The notes under the pieces are model-generated. The model did not search any database. It was not told the origin of the DNA and saw only the letters and a program-made list of their open reading frames with translations. Source: Lytechinus pictus (Eukaryota). From it: a DNA stretch of 64,000 nucleotides. This document shows positions 26,601 to 41,600 of the stretch, in pieces. Every line of letters begins with the position of its first letter. The stretch's first letter is position 1. A program made the position numbers and the translations under genes. The stretch is from positions 25,918,001 through 25,982,000 of the forward strand of contig NC_087251.1 in assembly GCF_037042905.1 (NCBI RefSeq). Reading direction: 5' to 3'.

Positions 26601-29600
26601 GAAACAAGGGGTCTAAAAAAGTGAAATTTTCACGGTTTTTCCGATGTTCGTGGATTGTGAAAACATGTCCTCACTAAAAACTGGCACTTTCGCGAGCCGA
26701 TATCAGCCGCCATTTTTTTCCGGAAGTCAACGATAACATCGAAGAATAGCGTGTACGCTCGTTATTTTCACATGCATTTGCAATGGAACTGCGCACTTAG
26801 CAGTGTTTGCGCGCCGTTTACTGTGTATTTGCGTAGCCGTGCGCTCCAGTCGTTTATGTGTTAGTCGCATCTTACAGCCGTGCATGCGTTAGTCGCATCA
26901 TACAGCCGTTTCAATAATTTCAACACTAAATTGATTACCGGGTAACCCCAAAATCGGAATTTTGGTTTTAAAATTCGGAATTCGGAATGGAGGTCCAAAA
27001 ATCGGTATAATTCCGCCAAAATCGGAATGGTTGGCAGGTATGTCCCTAGGAAATAATGAGTCTTTGGCCATGCTGGAAATGGCAGCTTGATCTAAAGATG
27101 GTCCAATAATATTACTTTGTGCCTCAGAAAAATATATTCCATAATTTACAAGGTGTTATATAAATGCCTATTATCATTATCCCAGTGGCGGATCCTCCCT
27201 GTAGGATACAATACCATTTCAGGGATAACATCATTTGTGCACAATAGTTGGCCCATGCCTGATTATCACAATATCATACAACCCCATTTCAAATCCTTAA
27301 ACATCCACTGAATCAGCCACTGTCATTCCAACTACACTTTATATTTTGTCATCTCATCACCACATCAATGCCATTGGCTCCACCATTTCAACCGAAGTGT
27401 CAGCATTCTTAGCACTGAGCTGCAGAATGATGCGCTGCTGAGATTCTTTGTGCACTAATACCATGCATGAAAATGTGCTTCTAAAAGCGATTCTACGCTA
27501 TCAATGCGACAGGCCGTGTCTTTGCTTACCTGAGGGTCACATGCCTTGATGATCATATCTCCGTAACCATTCGACCTCCTGTCCATCTGACGTCCAGTCA
27601 TATCAAGGCCAACGAAACCAATGCCTCCAAGGAGCTCTGCAAACTGATGCTTCATGCTGGCAATCATCTGCACAAAATGAGTCAAATCAACAATTGCGAT
27701 TCCGTTTGTTATCTAATGTTGCAAGATTTTGGCAGGATTCCTCACTCTCTGCTTTTGCAATCTGTCATTAATTTGAAGTTTAAAGTTGTCATAAACATTT
27801 GTGACATTAACAAACGAAATATTCAATAGTCTCAATCTTTTGCAGGCCCTAAATCTTAAATTCCACAAATCCAATGGTATTTTGAAGAGTCTTATTTTAC
27901 CTTTCCATCAACTGAATAGGGTGAGTGTGGATCATTTTTTATGTCTATTACATTGATAAGGGTCAATATGGAGATCTGGTGAAGCTCATATGAAATCCCT
28001 TGTGCAGGGTAGGTGACAGACCCCAAGGAATATAAATTTATAGCTATCAGACTCAAGGGAAATGGTTGTAGTGGCATAAACATCAAATTGATTAAATGAT
28101 TTGTTCTGGAACATTACCTGCAGCGTTTTGACTGAAAGAAAGTTCTCATGACAGAACCTGTAGCTGAAGTAGTTGCTTCTTTCAACTGCTGTGGTCCAAC
28201 CCTGAAACAAGAAAGATATTTGAAAGTAATATTCATTGAAATAAATCTTTTACTAATAATCAAAGTCGGCATGGAAAAAACAATTTTAGAGTCACTCATC
28301 CCCCTCCACAACCATATTTGTAACATATTTCAATGTGAAAATTATTGATGATTTAAAACTTCAATTAAAAGTATCATACTTGGATTATTTCAAAATAAGT
28401 TGTAGCGAATAGCTGTAATTTTTAAATCATTGAACACCTTTGATCAGAGCTTGATCACCACTTTGTCTATTTTTTATCATGCCATGACAGGTGATCCAAA
28501 TCTATTGCTTTTGTTGTATTCAACCTGATTCTTTTGTACAACCACTGGTCTAGACTTCACTGTTTACGTAGCAGCCAAGAATTCCTTTCATTCATGTACA
28601 TTTATATACCAAAGGAATGTTCAACTTCTATTTCTTCTGCTTGTGCTCCTAGATGTTTTCGTCACTAAGCAACAGCCAGCCAGTTAGGATGAAGTATGAG
28701 AGAAACCTCATTATTAATAACCATACTTCACTGCACTCAGTAGAAAGTTTATACCTAGTGGAGACATGTGCAATTTCTATGAGTCATCCTCATTTGCTCT
28801 TAACTCGGCAAGGTTTTAATGAGTTGTGGATTATTACACATTGGGTTTTCTACAGTCATACTATCATCAGGTGAACCATCTTTTAGTTGCATCCTGTAGA
28901 TTTCCATCTGTAAATATGCATCAGTTGTGATTTCCAAGTGGGAGTGCAATATTGTGTTTGGAGAACACTTCACTCATCTTCATCACAACACACTTTGACA
29001 AGGTCTTGCAGGTGCAGTCATCATTGCAGTATCACCTCCATATATTTTAAAATATATTTTGCACTTCTCTTGTTAATGGACACCGTGCCATCAGGCTCTG
29101 GACACTCACACGTATTGCGAGGTTACTATTAGTTTACTAACCTAGCACCATGAACCGCGTTTGGCAGTGGATTTCTAACTAGTGGGTCGCGCGTGCTGGG
29201 ATCTCACTTCTGGTGTCCACAGCACACGACTTCTATGGCTTGATTTTTCTGTGCGCGGCGGCATGTAATGAACCCTTGGGTGGGCTCTGGATGTAATTTA
29301 AATCACTGAACTCCTTTGCCAGTTGGAGGACTGATCAACTATTTCTATATCAAGCACTCAAAGGCCGGTAAGTTTATTTATATTTTTCTATCACCTGCAC
29401 ATTGAAGGCAATGCAAAACTTTAGGACACACTCAACTGTTTGTGAAACAGCCCCCCAAAACCTGTTGCAAAAATCATACTGCTAAGTAAATCCCATTTAT
29501 GGCAACTTCTAGGATAACATGAAATAACCAATGGTAGTAAATTAAATCTAAGGTAACCATTATGCATCAGACCCTAAAGTTAACAAGTGGAACGCCTCTG

Positions 29601-32600
29601 GCAGTCTCGCCTGCATTACGCGATTTAATATAGCAGCAGTGCTAACTTTGAAAACTACAATAAAATAATCATTCACAAAAACACCATTCATATAATGACA
29701 TAATACCACGTTCATTGACCATAAATGACATTTGAACGGTGACTTAAGACTTGTCAACTACACCCATGTCCACATTTCATTCACTCTATCCATAAACTTC
29801 AAAGTTATGATGGCAATTCAACAATTACCCCAACATGGCCTAAGTTTATTGACCTTAACTGACCTTTGACCTTGGTTTTGTGACCTGAAACTCACAGGGG
29901 ATGTTCAGTTATACTTGATTACTCTTATATCCCAAGTTTTATGAACTAGATCTATAAACTTTCAGAGTTATGATGGTAATTCAACAAATACCCCCAACAT
30001 GGCCAAAGTTCATTGACCTTTAATGACCTTTGACCATGGTCATGTGACCTGAAACTCGTACAGGATGTTCAGTGATACTTGATTACTCTTATGTCCAAGT
30101 TTTATGAACTAGATCTATAAACTTTCAGAGTTAGGATGGTAATTTAACAAATACCCCCAACACGCCCAAAGTTCATTGACCTTAAATGGCCATTGACCAT
30201 GGTCATGTGACCTGAAACTCGCACAGGATATTCAGTGGTACTTGATTAACCTAATGTCCAAGTTTCATGAACTAGATCCATAAATTTTCAAAGTTATGAT
30301 GGTAATTCAACAAATACCCCCAACTTGGCCAAAGTTCATTGACCCTAAATGACCTTTGACCTTGGTCATGTGACCTGAAACTCAGGCAGGATGTTCACTC
30401 ATACTTGATTAACCTTATGTCCAAGTTTCATGAACTAGATCCATAAATTTTAAAAGTTATGATAGTAATTCAACAAATACCCCCAACTTGACCAAAGTTC
30501 ATTGACCCTAAATGACCTTTGACCTTGGTCACGTGACCTGAAACTCAAGCAGGATGTTCACTAATACTTGATTAACCTTATGCCCATGTTTCATGAACTA
30601 GGTCCATATACTTTCTAAGTTATGATGTCATTTCAAAAACTTAACCTTAGGTTAAGATTTGATGTTGACGCCGCCGCCGTTGCCGTCGGAAAAGCGGCGC
30701 CTATAGTCTCGCTCTGCTATGCAGGCGAAACAAAAATTACCATTTCATTGTCAGATGATGCAATGGAGCTCTGAGGAGTTAGTTTCTCTTACCTTGTAAG
30801 CCCTTAACAGTGTCAGGTGATCACTATTACCAATAGCAAACTCTTGTCGCTTTTTATCTGCCTGGTCTCGTTTGTCAAATGGTGCCATCTAAATGGAAAT
30901 TAAAGACAAAGATAATAATGTGAAGTGATGAGGAAATGCACATATTACAATCTATACAATTAGCCTTAATTCGAACACATATTTCAGTAATCAATAATGA
31001 TAACTGAAATTATGCTACCTTCACTTTGTTATAGGAGTGTATTATATTTTTAATTTCATTTATTTCCTATTCTCATAATGAAAATAAAATCATTGGTATG
31101 CACAAAAAAATATATGAACAATAAAAAGAATCAACATAGAGGCTTCTCAGTACAACATATATCTTTCACAGGGATGTGTTTGGTCCTGAAATGGACCACC
31201 AAAACTCAATGATATGGCAAAGTATATTCTTGCCATCTTCAGGGGGAAAATAAAGAATATTGGGGACCCAGCAGAGAGTTCCAAGTATTGAAATCAAATA
31301 TACAAAAGGGAATAGAGAGAGGTGGGGTGATCATGTGAAAAATAACTGTTGAATACACTTACGAATGGTGATCTAAAGCTGAGACTTGCTGCGATGGTTA
31401 GGACTGGGTCAAGGCACTGGAAGATGGCTCCAAAGAGCATCAGCTTACCGATCCTAACATCTACCGGAAGAGATGCAAGATGGTAGCCCAGAGATGTCAG
31501 ATCCTAAAAGAAAGAGAAAGACGGTAACATTTTGATGGCTTGGGTAAGGATACAAGTGCATATCATGAGACATTGTTGATGTTGTACATAATAGACACAG
31601 TATTTAAACAATGATGATGAGGGTGACAAATTTCATTTAGGCCTATATCAATATTTCTATTTTGTTGGCTGATATTTTTATTTTATTATTTTATCACAAT
31701 TCATGCTCACACCAAAAATGTGCAACATAGAGAGATACAATCAATATGTTCCATTAACAGTAGTTTTTTTGTGCATGGTTTGCCATAGGCTAACAAAGTA
31801 CAGTCATGCTTAATTGTACATTCAATTTTTTTTTTTTACTAAGCACACACATGGGACTACAACTACAATAATTTGACCCATTTGATAGATGCTTGCATTT
31901 TTGCTATGTATATACTAAAGCCTTGCCACAGAACACAGCTGACTGTATTAAAGTCTAGTACTGGGATCTTCTATTAAAAAAAAATCCCTAGACGTCCCCA
32001 AGATGCTGGCATCAGAATAACATGAGGATAAACACCACTGTACTTTAAAGACATTCCAGAAAATCTTTACCAAAATGCAAATCATGTCATGCTTGTCATG
32101 AATGTGATTTCTCTCAGAGTTCAAATCTCTTGATACATAGTGTTATGAAAACAAATTAAAACATAACAAACATCTGTTGAAGCATGCATCAGAATGTCAA
32201 TTCCTACATGGTTGGAAATATGATTACAGTAGAAGGGATCTCGGAAGCTTTCCTATGCATCTCATGATAGGGGAGAAAGAGTTCTTTCTTCTTTGAACTG
32301 AGCATTCTTCATAGGCCAACAGAATAAATCATCTATCAAAAAAATGGCAGACAACAAATGGAAAGAACTTGCTACCTATCACAGGGAGGCCACTCATGGC
32401 ATCTTTAGTATTGCCCCATCCTTGCAAATCAAACAGATTTGAGAAGTGGGCTAGTATTGATTGGCAATGCCATGTTGTTAGTTCCTCTCAACAAAGCATC
32501 TCGATAGCTGCTACTATGCCACGTGTATTTGCATATTTTGTTTTTGATCAATCCTAGAATCATATAGAATCAAATCAATCAGACAAATTTGACTAAAATC

Positions 32601-35600
32601 AAATCAAATTAAAACAATGCCCATGTGGGCTGAAAAAAAATGCCATCAAAAGAGAGGACTTTTTTCTCGTGGATGCCTTGGACAGAATAAGAATTCCATT
32701 CTACCAATTTTGATGCTCATCTTCATAAGAAGGCAATATGGACCAGCACCTTCAGACAATGTATCTTAGAAATGAAGGACATTGGTAGTCAGATGACACT
32801 CAGCAACATTTGGTGCAGGTCAAAACCTCCCATCCATGAAAATCTGATCAGCTCGACTCACCCCAATGGGAGGAGGGATGCCCGGACAAAATTTGACACC
32901 TCATAGATTCAAATGATCATATGGTGAAAAAGCTTTTGCTAATAATGCTCCCACTTTGTGGAATGCACTCCCTTCAACAATATGCAATACCAAGTCTATT
33001 GTCATTCAAATCCAGCCTTAAGACATTTATTTTAATCACATTTCAAATAACCCAACCCCGCCTTCCCTGTAAGGATTCCCTCTACGCCTCTAAATAGGAC
33101 AATAGGAGGTGCACTCTAAATGCAAAACATTATAATTATCATACCAATGATGATGCCAGTCTTCATAGAAAGGCAATCTTGACCAAGACCTTCAGTCATA
33201 TCTTTGAGGTGAAGGACATTGGGAGTCATATGAAGACTCAACAACATTTGGTGCAGGTCAAATCCTACCATCCATGAAAATCTGATCAGCTCATCTTTCC
33301 CAATGACAAAGGGGAAAGACAATGATTTTGACACACAATTAGGTGCTTTTGGATTCAGCTATTAAAGAACCTGATTAAAGGTGTGAAAATAAGCACAACA
33401 GCAATTTCTGAGAGATTCGGTTCCCCCAAAACATTGGCTACTATAATTCACTGCAGTGCCTACAGCCAATGGAGACAAAAAAACAGCAATATTGTATAAA
33501 GGTTAAGATGGACCATATCATGTTGGAGAATCACACAAACATTGCTTTCTATAGTTGACCCCCTCAATTCCATGTCCATATGCTTTATTTTACAATGCTT
33601 TTTTATTTATATTCTTAAATCTGTCTTGCAATCACTGATTGATATTATGTTCATCTGTTAATTTGTATTTGATTTATATTAATTTGTATTATGTTTGAAT
33701 GGAAATGAAAACAAAGACTTGAATCTTGAAACATAATGCAACTTGATTACATATATGAAATAAAGTTTTCATCTAGTTCATCTTCACCACACAAAGACAG
33801 TTTCAGTTGATCAAACAAGATAATTAGATTTTAATCTTGTATGCAACAGTGATGAAAAATGGGAAATTTTAAGTTTACTATGAAATGTTTGAAAAACCTG
33901 ATCTATTGTAAGAGCTCCTAAGTCTTGCAGCCTCTGAACAGCATCATCAATATTCTCTGTCTTGGGAGGCTCTAGTAACTTGTTCAACACTTCCTACAAA
34001 ATAAAAAGTGAAAATTGCAATCAATTGCAAGTTAATCACAGAGTCCCAGAATCAACTTTAGTCTGTATTCCTAAAATCAATCATATGTCTTCCAGTTAGT
34101 TGAAAGTTTACCATTGAATACTAATCTCATTGCTATGAAAGGATCAATTAATCAGACATATTCATGATTGATACTAATTTCAAAAAGTTTCCTGCAACTT
34201 CCCTTAACAATACCCCTAAGAACTTGTCATAGTATTCTTGAAAGACATCTGTGATTTAGATTTAGAATTGATATTAATTCCAAACAAGTTTCTTGCTACA
34301 CCCCCTAGTGCTAGATTATATTTCTGACCTTGACATGGTATCCTTGAAAGACATCTAGGATTTTAATCCTTAGTACAAGCTGCTCCAATGGAATACGCTG
34401 GATCTCTGCACATGAAACAAAAAAGGAAGATATATTTGAATCCATTCAATTAATTTTCAATGTGTACATGAAACTCCAAATTCAAATAAAAAATATAGCA
34501 TAAGTTACCCATGTATCAGTCATGATCATAAGAATATGTTCTGATCCAAAAGAGAGACAAAGAGATAGCAAATATGAATGCATCATAAACACTTTTGTTT
34601 CCAAATTTAATGCTTTCCCAAAAGCCATCCATACCTGGTAACTGTTGTTCCCTGAGTACATGCTCAAAGGTGTGTTTGGAGAAGAGGTGGAAACAGACTC
34701 CGGCCGTCACACGCCCTGCTCGACCTCTACGCTGCATGGCATTGGCTCTAGACACCCAGACGGTCTCTAACGACTCCATTCTCTTTCCAGAGTCATATCT
34801 GATTTTATAAAGAATAGAAATGTATACATGCTTAATTATTTGAGGCCAGATCTGATCAGTTTTGGTTCTTCAAATTGGCAGAGGCATCATTCTTTTATTA
34901 CTGCACTTTCCCTTTTTCAAAGTTTTTTAAATGAATTGATACTGATAAAGGGTATGCTTCAAAATTAGAAATTTGTCAAACTGCATTGAGAAATAGTGAT
35001 TTTGACATCCAATCACATGACAAATATTGGGAATTCAGTGATTATTAACTTCACAAAAGAGAAAAAGTATGATTTGATTTCATTCTCATGTATTTTGTAT
35101 CATTTTGGACGCAACATTAGAAGATATTTGGCCATATATCAAAATGTAATCAGTTTGTTCTAAATGAAAGAGGACCTGAATATATCATTTTATGTTTCAT
35201 AGTAATAGATGTGTAGCCATTTATGCAGATTTAAGATTCTCTCATTATGATACAGTCATCATATATAGGGGTTAAAAATTGTAAATGTTTTTTAATGTAT
35301 CAGCGTTTTGATAGATAAGAGGCCAAATAAACAAATTCATCTTGATAATTCACTCACCGCTTCTCTTTCATTCTACCAGCATCAATAACAAAGACAATGT
35401 CATCAATGGTGATAGATGTCTCGGCTATGTTGGTTGCTATGACGATCTTAGTGATGCCTTCCTTTGGTTTATCAAAGGCTGCATTTTGGTCTTCGCTCGA
35501 GAGGGATGAGTGGAGGGGTATCAGCTTGTACCTGAGAGGGAGCAATTAAAACAAAGCCAACTGAATAATCAGTCCTAGTTATGGTAACAAAAGATTGGGT

Positions 35601-38600
35601 TTATTTCATAACCTTTATAAAATATTTTAGCCATTTATTTCATAGTTTTGAATAGCCTGCCTAGCTCAATAATGTTGGGAGGACAAACCTAATTTTTTTC
35701 AAAGTGCTACAGTGTAAAACATATGGTTACCATAACACTTTGGCAAAATGGCTTCATTATTTGAGGTAGAGAGCTTGTATTTAATCAGATTACTTGATGA
35801 ATTATATTCTAGTAGTCACTAAAAATTGAATTTACCTTACCCAAATATGAGATAGGAAGTCTCATCACCATCCAAAATACATATACAACTATCAGGGTTT
35901 GCAGTGAAGTGCAATATATTTTTTTGTTTTTATTTAGTAAACACATGTTGAGCTTTCTCTCTGACCTATGGTAGGCCCCCTTGCCCAACCACCTCCCGAA
36001 TAAGGATAGAATAAAATTCTTACTTTTTAGGTTTTCTAGGTCCACAGAGTGAGCTTTGAAGCTGCTCATAGAGATCAGTGATTTCACCCAGTCCTGGTAG
36101 AAATATCAAGATGGCACCATCCTTGGGGTACTGAAAATAAGAATTTAAACAAAAGAAATCCACTATAAGCATAGAACCTACTTGTGTAAACCCTACATTA
36201 CATTGTAAAATGCAAAATACAACTTCATCTTGCATGGACAGCACTATGGACTACAAAATCACTGCATAAACAATGTTCAAAACTTTGTATACTCAAAGTG
36301 TGATTATAATAATAGGCCAAATGCACTCTCTCGAGCCCTCGAGGCAGATTATTAAATGTGAATTCAATCATTGTTTCCTTTTAAAATGGCCATATACAAA
36401 AAGGTAAGTCCAATAGACATTGTAAAATAATAACCTGATTCAGGAAGCAATGAGTTAAAATAATATTAAGAAGTCAGGATTTTAATTGAGAATGTAAAAA
36501 AGTTTGAAAGACAAACCATCCCTGAAATACTTTGTTGAAAAGCCAAGAGAGTCCAAATAAGTGTACTTACATCATGATCTCCATCAACTACCCATTTGAC
36601 TAGATCTTCAATCAGGTCATTGTTAATCTTCTCAGGGTCAATAGTAGCTAATGTCTTGATGGTAGACATCTCATAATCTAAACAAAATTACAAAATGTAA
36701 ACGAGGAGTTTTCATCAAACCCTGGGACCATTTTATAAAACATGGATGCAACCATGTGAGAAGAAAGTATCCCAATGAGAATATTGAATCATATAACTAT
36801 AAATGATCAATATGCTTTAATTGTGTCAATTTGAGTCATCTCCCCCTCCCCCCTCCCCTTTTCACTCTATTCCCCGTCATAGAGATTCACTTTAAAATAA
36901 AATCCACTATGGTCAATGCTTGGATAACTCCAAATTGTGAACTCTTTTTTTCTTTTATAAAAGTAACATGCTGATAGATTGGACATTATACTGGTACTCT
37001 TTGAACCTTTGGTTTGGACTCCCCCATTGGTATAAGGATGGATATCAATCTAAAGCTGAGAATCCATATCTTTCAGAATTAGTCTTTAACTAAAAATACA
37101 CCTTTCAGGTATTGATGTGCTTGGTCACAGGTATATTTGATTTTGATTGAAGGCAAAGAAAACAAATTATAACTCTATCATTATTTTTATAAGTGGGGAG
37201 GGGTCTTACCTTTATATCTGAGTGCCATCTGCTGCAGCGTCAAATTAGCATCTTTCACGTTATCTTTGGCAGGGTTAAAGGTAGTTGAAGCGAAGGCTTC
37301 TGCTATCTCCTCATCCAGGTTGTCATACCTGACCTTGCTCATAGCTCTGGCCGAAGCCTCAGAAGGTACCGCATTGCTTTTCTTGATAGGCCGGGCTAGG
37401 GGTGAGTTCTCATCTAGGACATACCTTTAGGAGTACAGACATTAAAGATGGTTGATAAGAAATAATGATGATTTTTAGTATTGCAGGCCCTGTAACACAA
37501 TGCTTAGCAATTGATTATAAAACATTTTTGTTGTTGATTGCATTAATTGCAATGTAAAATCAATCATGAAAATCAATTGTATGATTAGTCACTAACCTTT
37601 GTGTTATGCCACCCAGATCTTTTCTACAGGAATGATCTACATACTGAATTGGACCTAGGTCTTAATTTGAAAATATGGGTAGTAACAGCTTGTACTTGGC
37701 TTCAACTAAATAATCACATTTTACATCAAGTAAATTATTTGGCAATGTTCTCATTATACCCAAAAAGAAAGACAGTATCTGTGAATTTGGCAACAGAGAA
37801 GATATAGCAATAACAATCATAATACATAAATTAATGTTTGAAAATGACCATTAAAAGTTAATATGCATTCTCATAAATGCATGATTACTGCTACTTCATA
37901 TTCTATACAGGACATTTTTATTCACTATTGTAAGCTGATATATTTTTGGTTTTGATTTAATACTTTACACTACAGCTGAATTAATGTAACAGAGTGCAAT
38001 TCAAAATCACCCTTCTTACCCAGTATATTCAATTGCATCTTCCAAGAAGTATTGATCTACTGGAAAGGTTTTACCTAGACAAAAATACAAAATTACAATT
38101 GGAAATACATCAAAATATTACAGCTAGTATAAACATTTTGGAAAAATATTCAAGTCTGAAAATAAATGGCAGTGTTAAATATGAACTTAGTTGGGCCAAT
38201 GATCCTAAAATTTATGTTTGAGAGAATCTGTCATATTGACCAAGTATTTCTATTTAAGAATGAATTATGTGCCAAACAATTCTGGTGGAAAATGAGTAAA
38301 TGCTCAATAAATAAAAAAAGGCATTTGGTAATTATTTGCCTGCATATAAGATTTTAGCATTTCATAAATTTTCTGATAGTACATTTCAAATCAAATAACT
38401 CATATTATTTTTCATTGTTTAGCTAATTTAATTTCATTCATTTTTCACGCTGTTTTACTTTCTGCAAGATCATACCTTTTAACATAATTGGAGTATTTAA
38501 GAAAAAAACTGAGTTAATACATTTCTGAGGAAAAATTATGAGGAAAATTCAGTATTTTCTATGAAACATAATTAGCACTTTCGAAAAAAGGGAAAAGTCT

Positions 38601-41600
38601 GTAGATAGCAATGTAACTCAGAGTGATGAAGCTTGTTAACTTACCAGGGATGTTAATGACAGGACAATCAAAGAAATAGCTGGAGAATAGATCAGCATTG
38701 AGGGTAGCACTCATGAGAATGATGCGGAGGTCAGGTCGCTGAGGCAACATGTCTCTTAGAACCATCATTAAGAAATCACTGGATTAGAAATAGACAAGTT
38801 TGTGAGATATACCTCAAACATCTATCTAGCCAATTAAAGAAAATATGATGGAATAAGGCTTCAAATATCAATTGATTGAAATAAGTTTACCCTTTCTCGA
38901 TAAGAACGTAAATGTCCTTCATATTAGATATATACAGTACTACTAGTAATTAATGGTCGATGCACACCTGCCAACATTTAGAAATACAAAATCTGTAAAA
39001 CCAATGGCCACGGGGCCGACTAAGCTCCCACAGGGTTCCCCCTGAAATTCATATATTTTAGAAACTGAACCCTAACAGGACCGGTCTTTTCAAGATGTAC
39101 TGAGGACTTGGGGGCATGAATGGGTCTATGGCAATTTTTCTGCCCTTTTAATTTTCTCACATGAAATTTCAGAAATCAGGATGTTCTAATTGTGGGCCAT
39201 TTTGAAAGTTGTAAAAACTAATCAGGACAGTAGGCAGTCTGTCTATGGATTAGTGTGTATGTGTCATCTGACTTCTTACCAATGCTCTCACATTTCTTTC
39301 TTGAATATTCTACCCCTTCCTCTCCACCCCTCTGCTAATTTTTCTCCTACAATTTCAAAACATCTGGGAGCCCATTCAAAGTTTTGTAACTTTACCATTA
39401 TGGCAACTGCCATGGTAGCAGGACTCAGAAGCAAATCACAATCAAGGATACCACGGTGGTTACAATAGTTGAATGCCCTTACGAAAGGGGTCCCCTGGGT
39501 TCTTTCAGCATCCCGTAAGACAGACAATCAAATGTGATTTAGGTGATAACACCCCTGTACCGGCTGCACAGATACATTGTTAGTGCTAACAGAGTACTTA
39601 CAGTAGAACCAGTCCCATCTTTCGGATTGTGATGTCGAATGATGATCCAAAATAATGTGTTGTGACATGAAGCATCGCTGCAATATTATCAGTTGTAACA
39701 GGGCCTCTGTTAGTACATTATTAGTGCTAACAATGTTTATATGCAGCCAGTACAGGTCTTTCATTAGCCATTTACATTCTCAATATCATACCTCTCTTCA
39801 CTTCTCTCATGGACTTCATCCACTATGATATGGGAGACTCCGTTGAGGACAGGGTCACTCTCCAACCTTCTGAGTAAGATTCCCGTCGTACAGAACATCA
39901 GCCGAGTCGAAGAAGACTATAAAAAATAAAGACGAGTTCTGAGGTCCGTTGCAGAAAGAGTTGCGTTTAAACGCAAGTCAAAAAATCAATCGCAAGTCCA
40001 AAATGCGCGCTATTGATTGGTTGAAAATCAAGTTGCGCATGATTTTTAGAGTTGCGTTTGATTGCAACTCTTTCTGCAACGGACCCCTGGTCATTAGAGT
40101 GATCCAAAGAAAGAACAGTCTCATAAGTGGTTGGGAAAAGTTGGTTATCAAGAACTAGTGTCCACTGTAACATTTTTATATTATTTTCATAATCATTACA
40201 ATTATCAGAAAGCATCTTTTAGTTTGCTGCGAGTCACATGAATTGTACATAGAAATATGGATTACACAAAATGCTCAGCCCAAACATCGCTCTGGTTTGG
40301 GTGACATATTTATGTGAGGGCATGTGAAAAGCAATCATTTGCAGCAGACATTTCTATTCATAATTCTCATAAATTCTAATCAGTTAGAAAAACAGAGAAA
40401 ACAAAGCAATCCTTAGCTATATTATGTAGATCTAGTTCTCCATAAACAATGTGCTACTGGAAATTGAGTAGATCCATACAGACATACCTGTTTATTTTCT
40501 AGCCTGATCTGGTAACCCACAACATCTCCTAGCCTGGTGGTCCTCTCCTTGGCCACCCTGTCAGCTACTGCTGTGGCCGAGATCCTCCTGGGTTGGGTAC
40601 AGATGATGTTACTTACATCCAAACCTTTACCTTGAAGGGAGGCATCAAGGATAAACTGAGGCACTTGGGTTGTCTTTCCGCACCTAAAGTGAAAATATAT
40701 AAACAATGATAGAAAGGCCATTGAAAGAGGCATCAATGAAATACAGCCCTGCCTCAGGTCTCACAGGTACAATGAAATTTCTGAATTATAAAATGTATTG
40801 AATATCAACCACATACTTCAAACATCTACATTACCAAATGTTGAGATCTCTTCAACTTAACTTTCACTAGGCCATGGTATTTTGTGAGATCATATTGAGT
40901 GGGGGGGGGGGGGAGGGGAGGGGGGGGGCTCATAGTAAAACATTTAATGAGAGGATCTCAAGGGGGGAGGGGGCAGCCATATGATCTCATAAAATTACCA
41001 GAGTAGTTAGGGTTTGGTTAAAGCAGAGTTCAGAATTCAGGTCAGAAAGTATAAATTTGCAGAATAATCTTATACAAATCATAACTGTAAGTTTATAATA
41101 ATACTAATATGTTCCATTCGTATAGCGCAGCTTCTATAATTGCATATACTCTACTGCGCTTGACACTTGGTATCATATCATTACTTTGGCTGTAGCTGAG
41201 CCATCGTATAGGCGCTAAAGCATTCAAGGAATAAATCCTACCGGGTACCCATTTACCTCATCTGGGTCGAGTGCAGTACAATGTGGGTAAATTTCTTACT
41301 GAAGGAAAACACGCCATGGCTGGGATTTGAACCCACGTCCCTTTGAAAGACAAGAGTCATTATCACTAGACCACGATGCCCCCATGTACACTAGTAACAA
41401 TCAATTATAAATATTGTAAACATAAACTTATTTCTTTTGTTACATCACCGTGTTGTATCTTACCCTGTAGCTCCACTCACTACAAGAACCTGGTACTTGC
41501 TCAAGGTGCCTAGGATGTTATCCTGTTCTTTCCAGGCAGGTAAAGCCTCTCTCCTCTCCAGCATTGACTTGTAAGCATTGCTTGTCTGTACATGAATATA

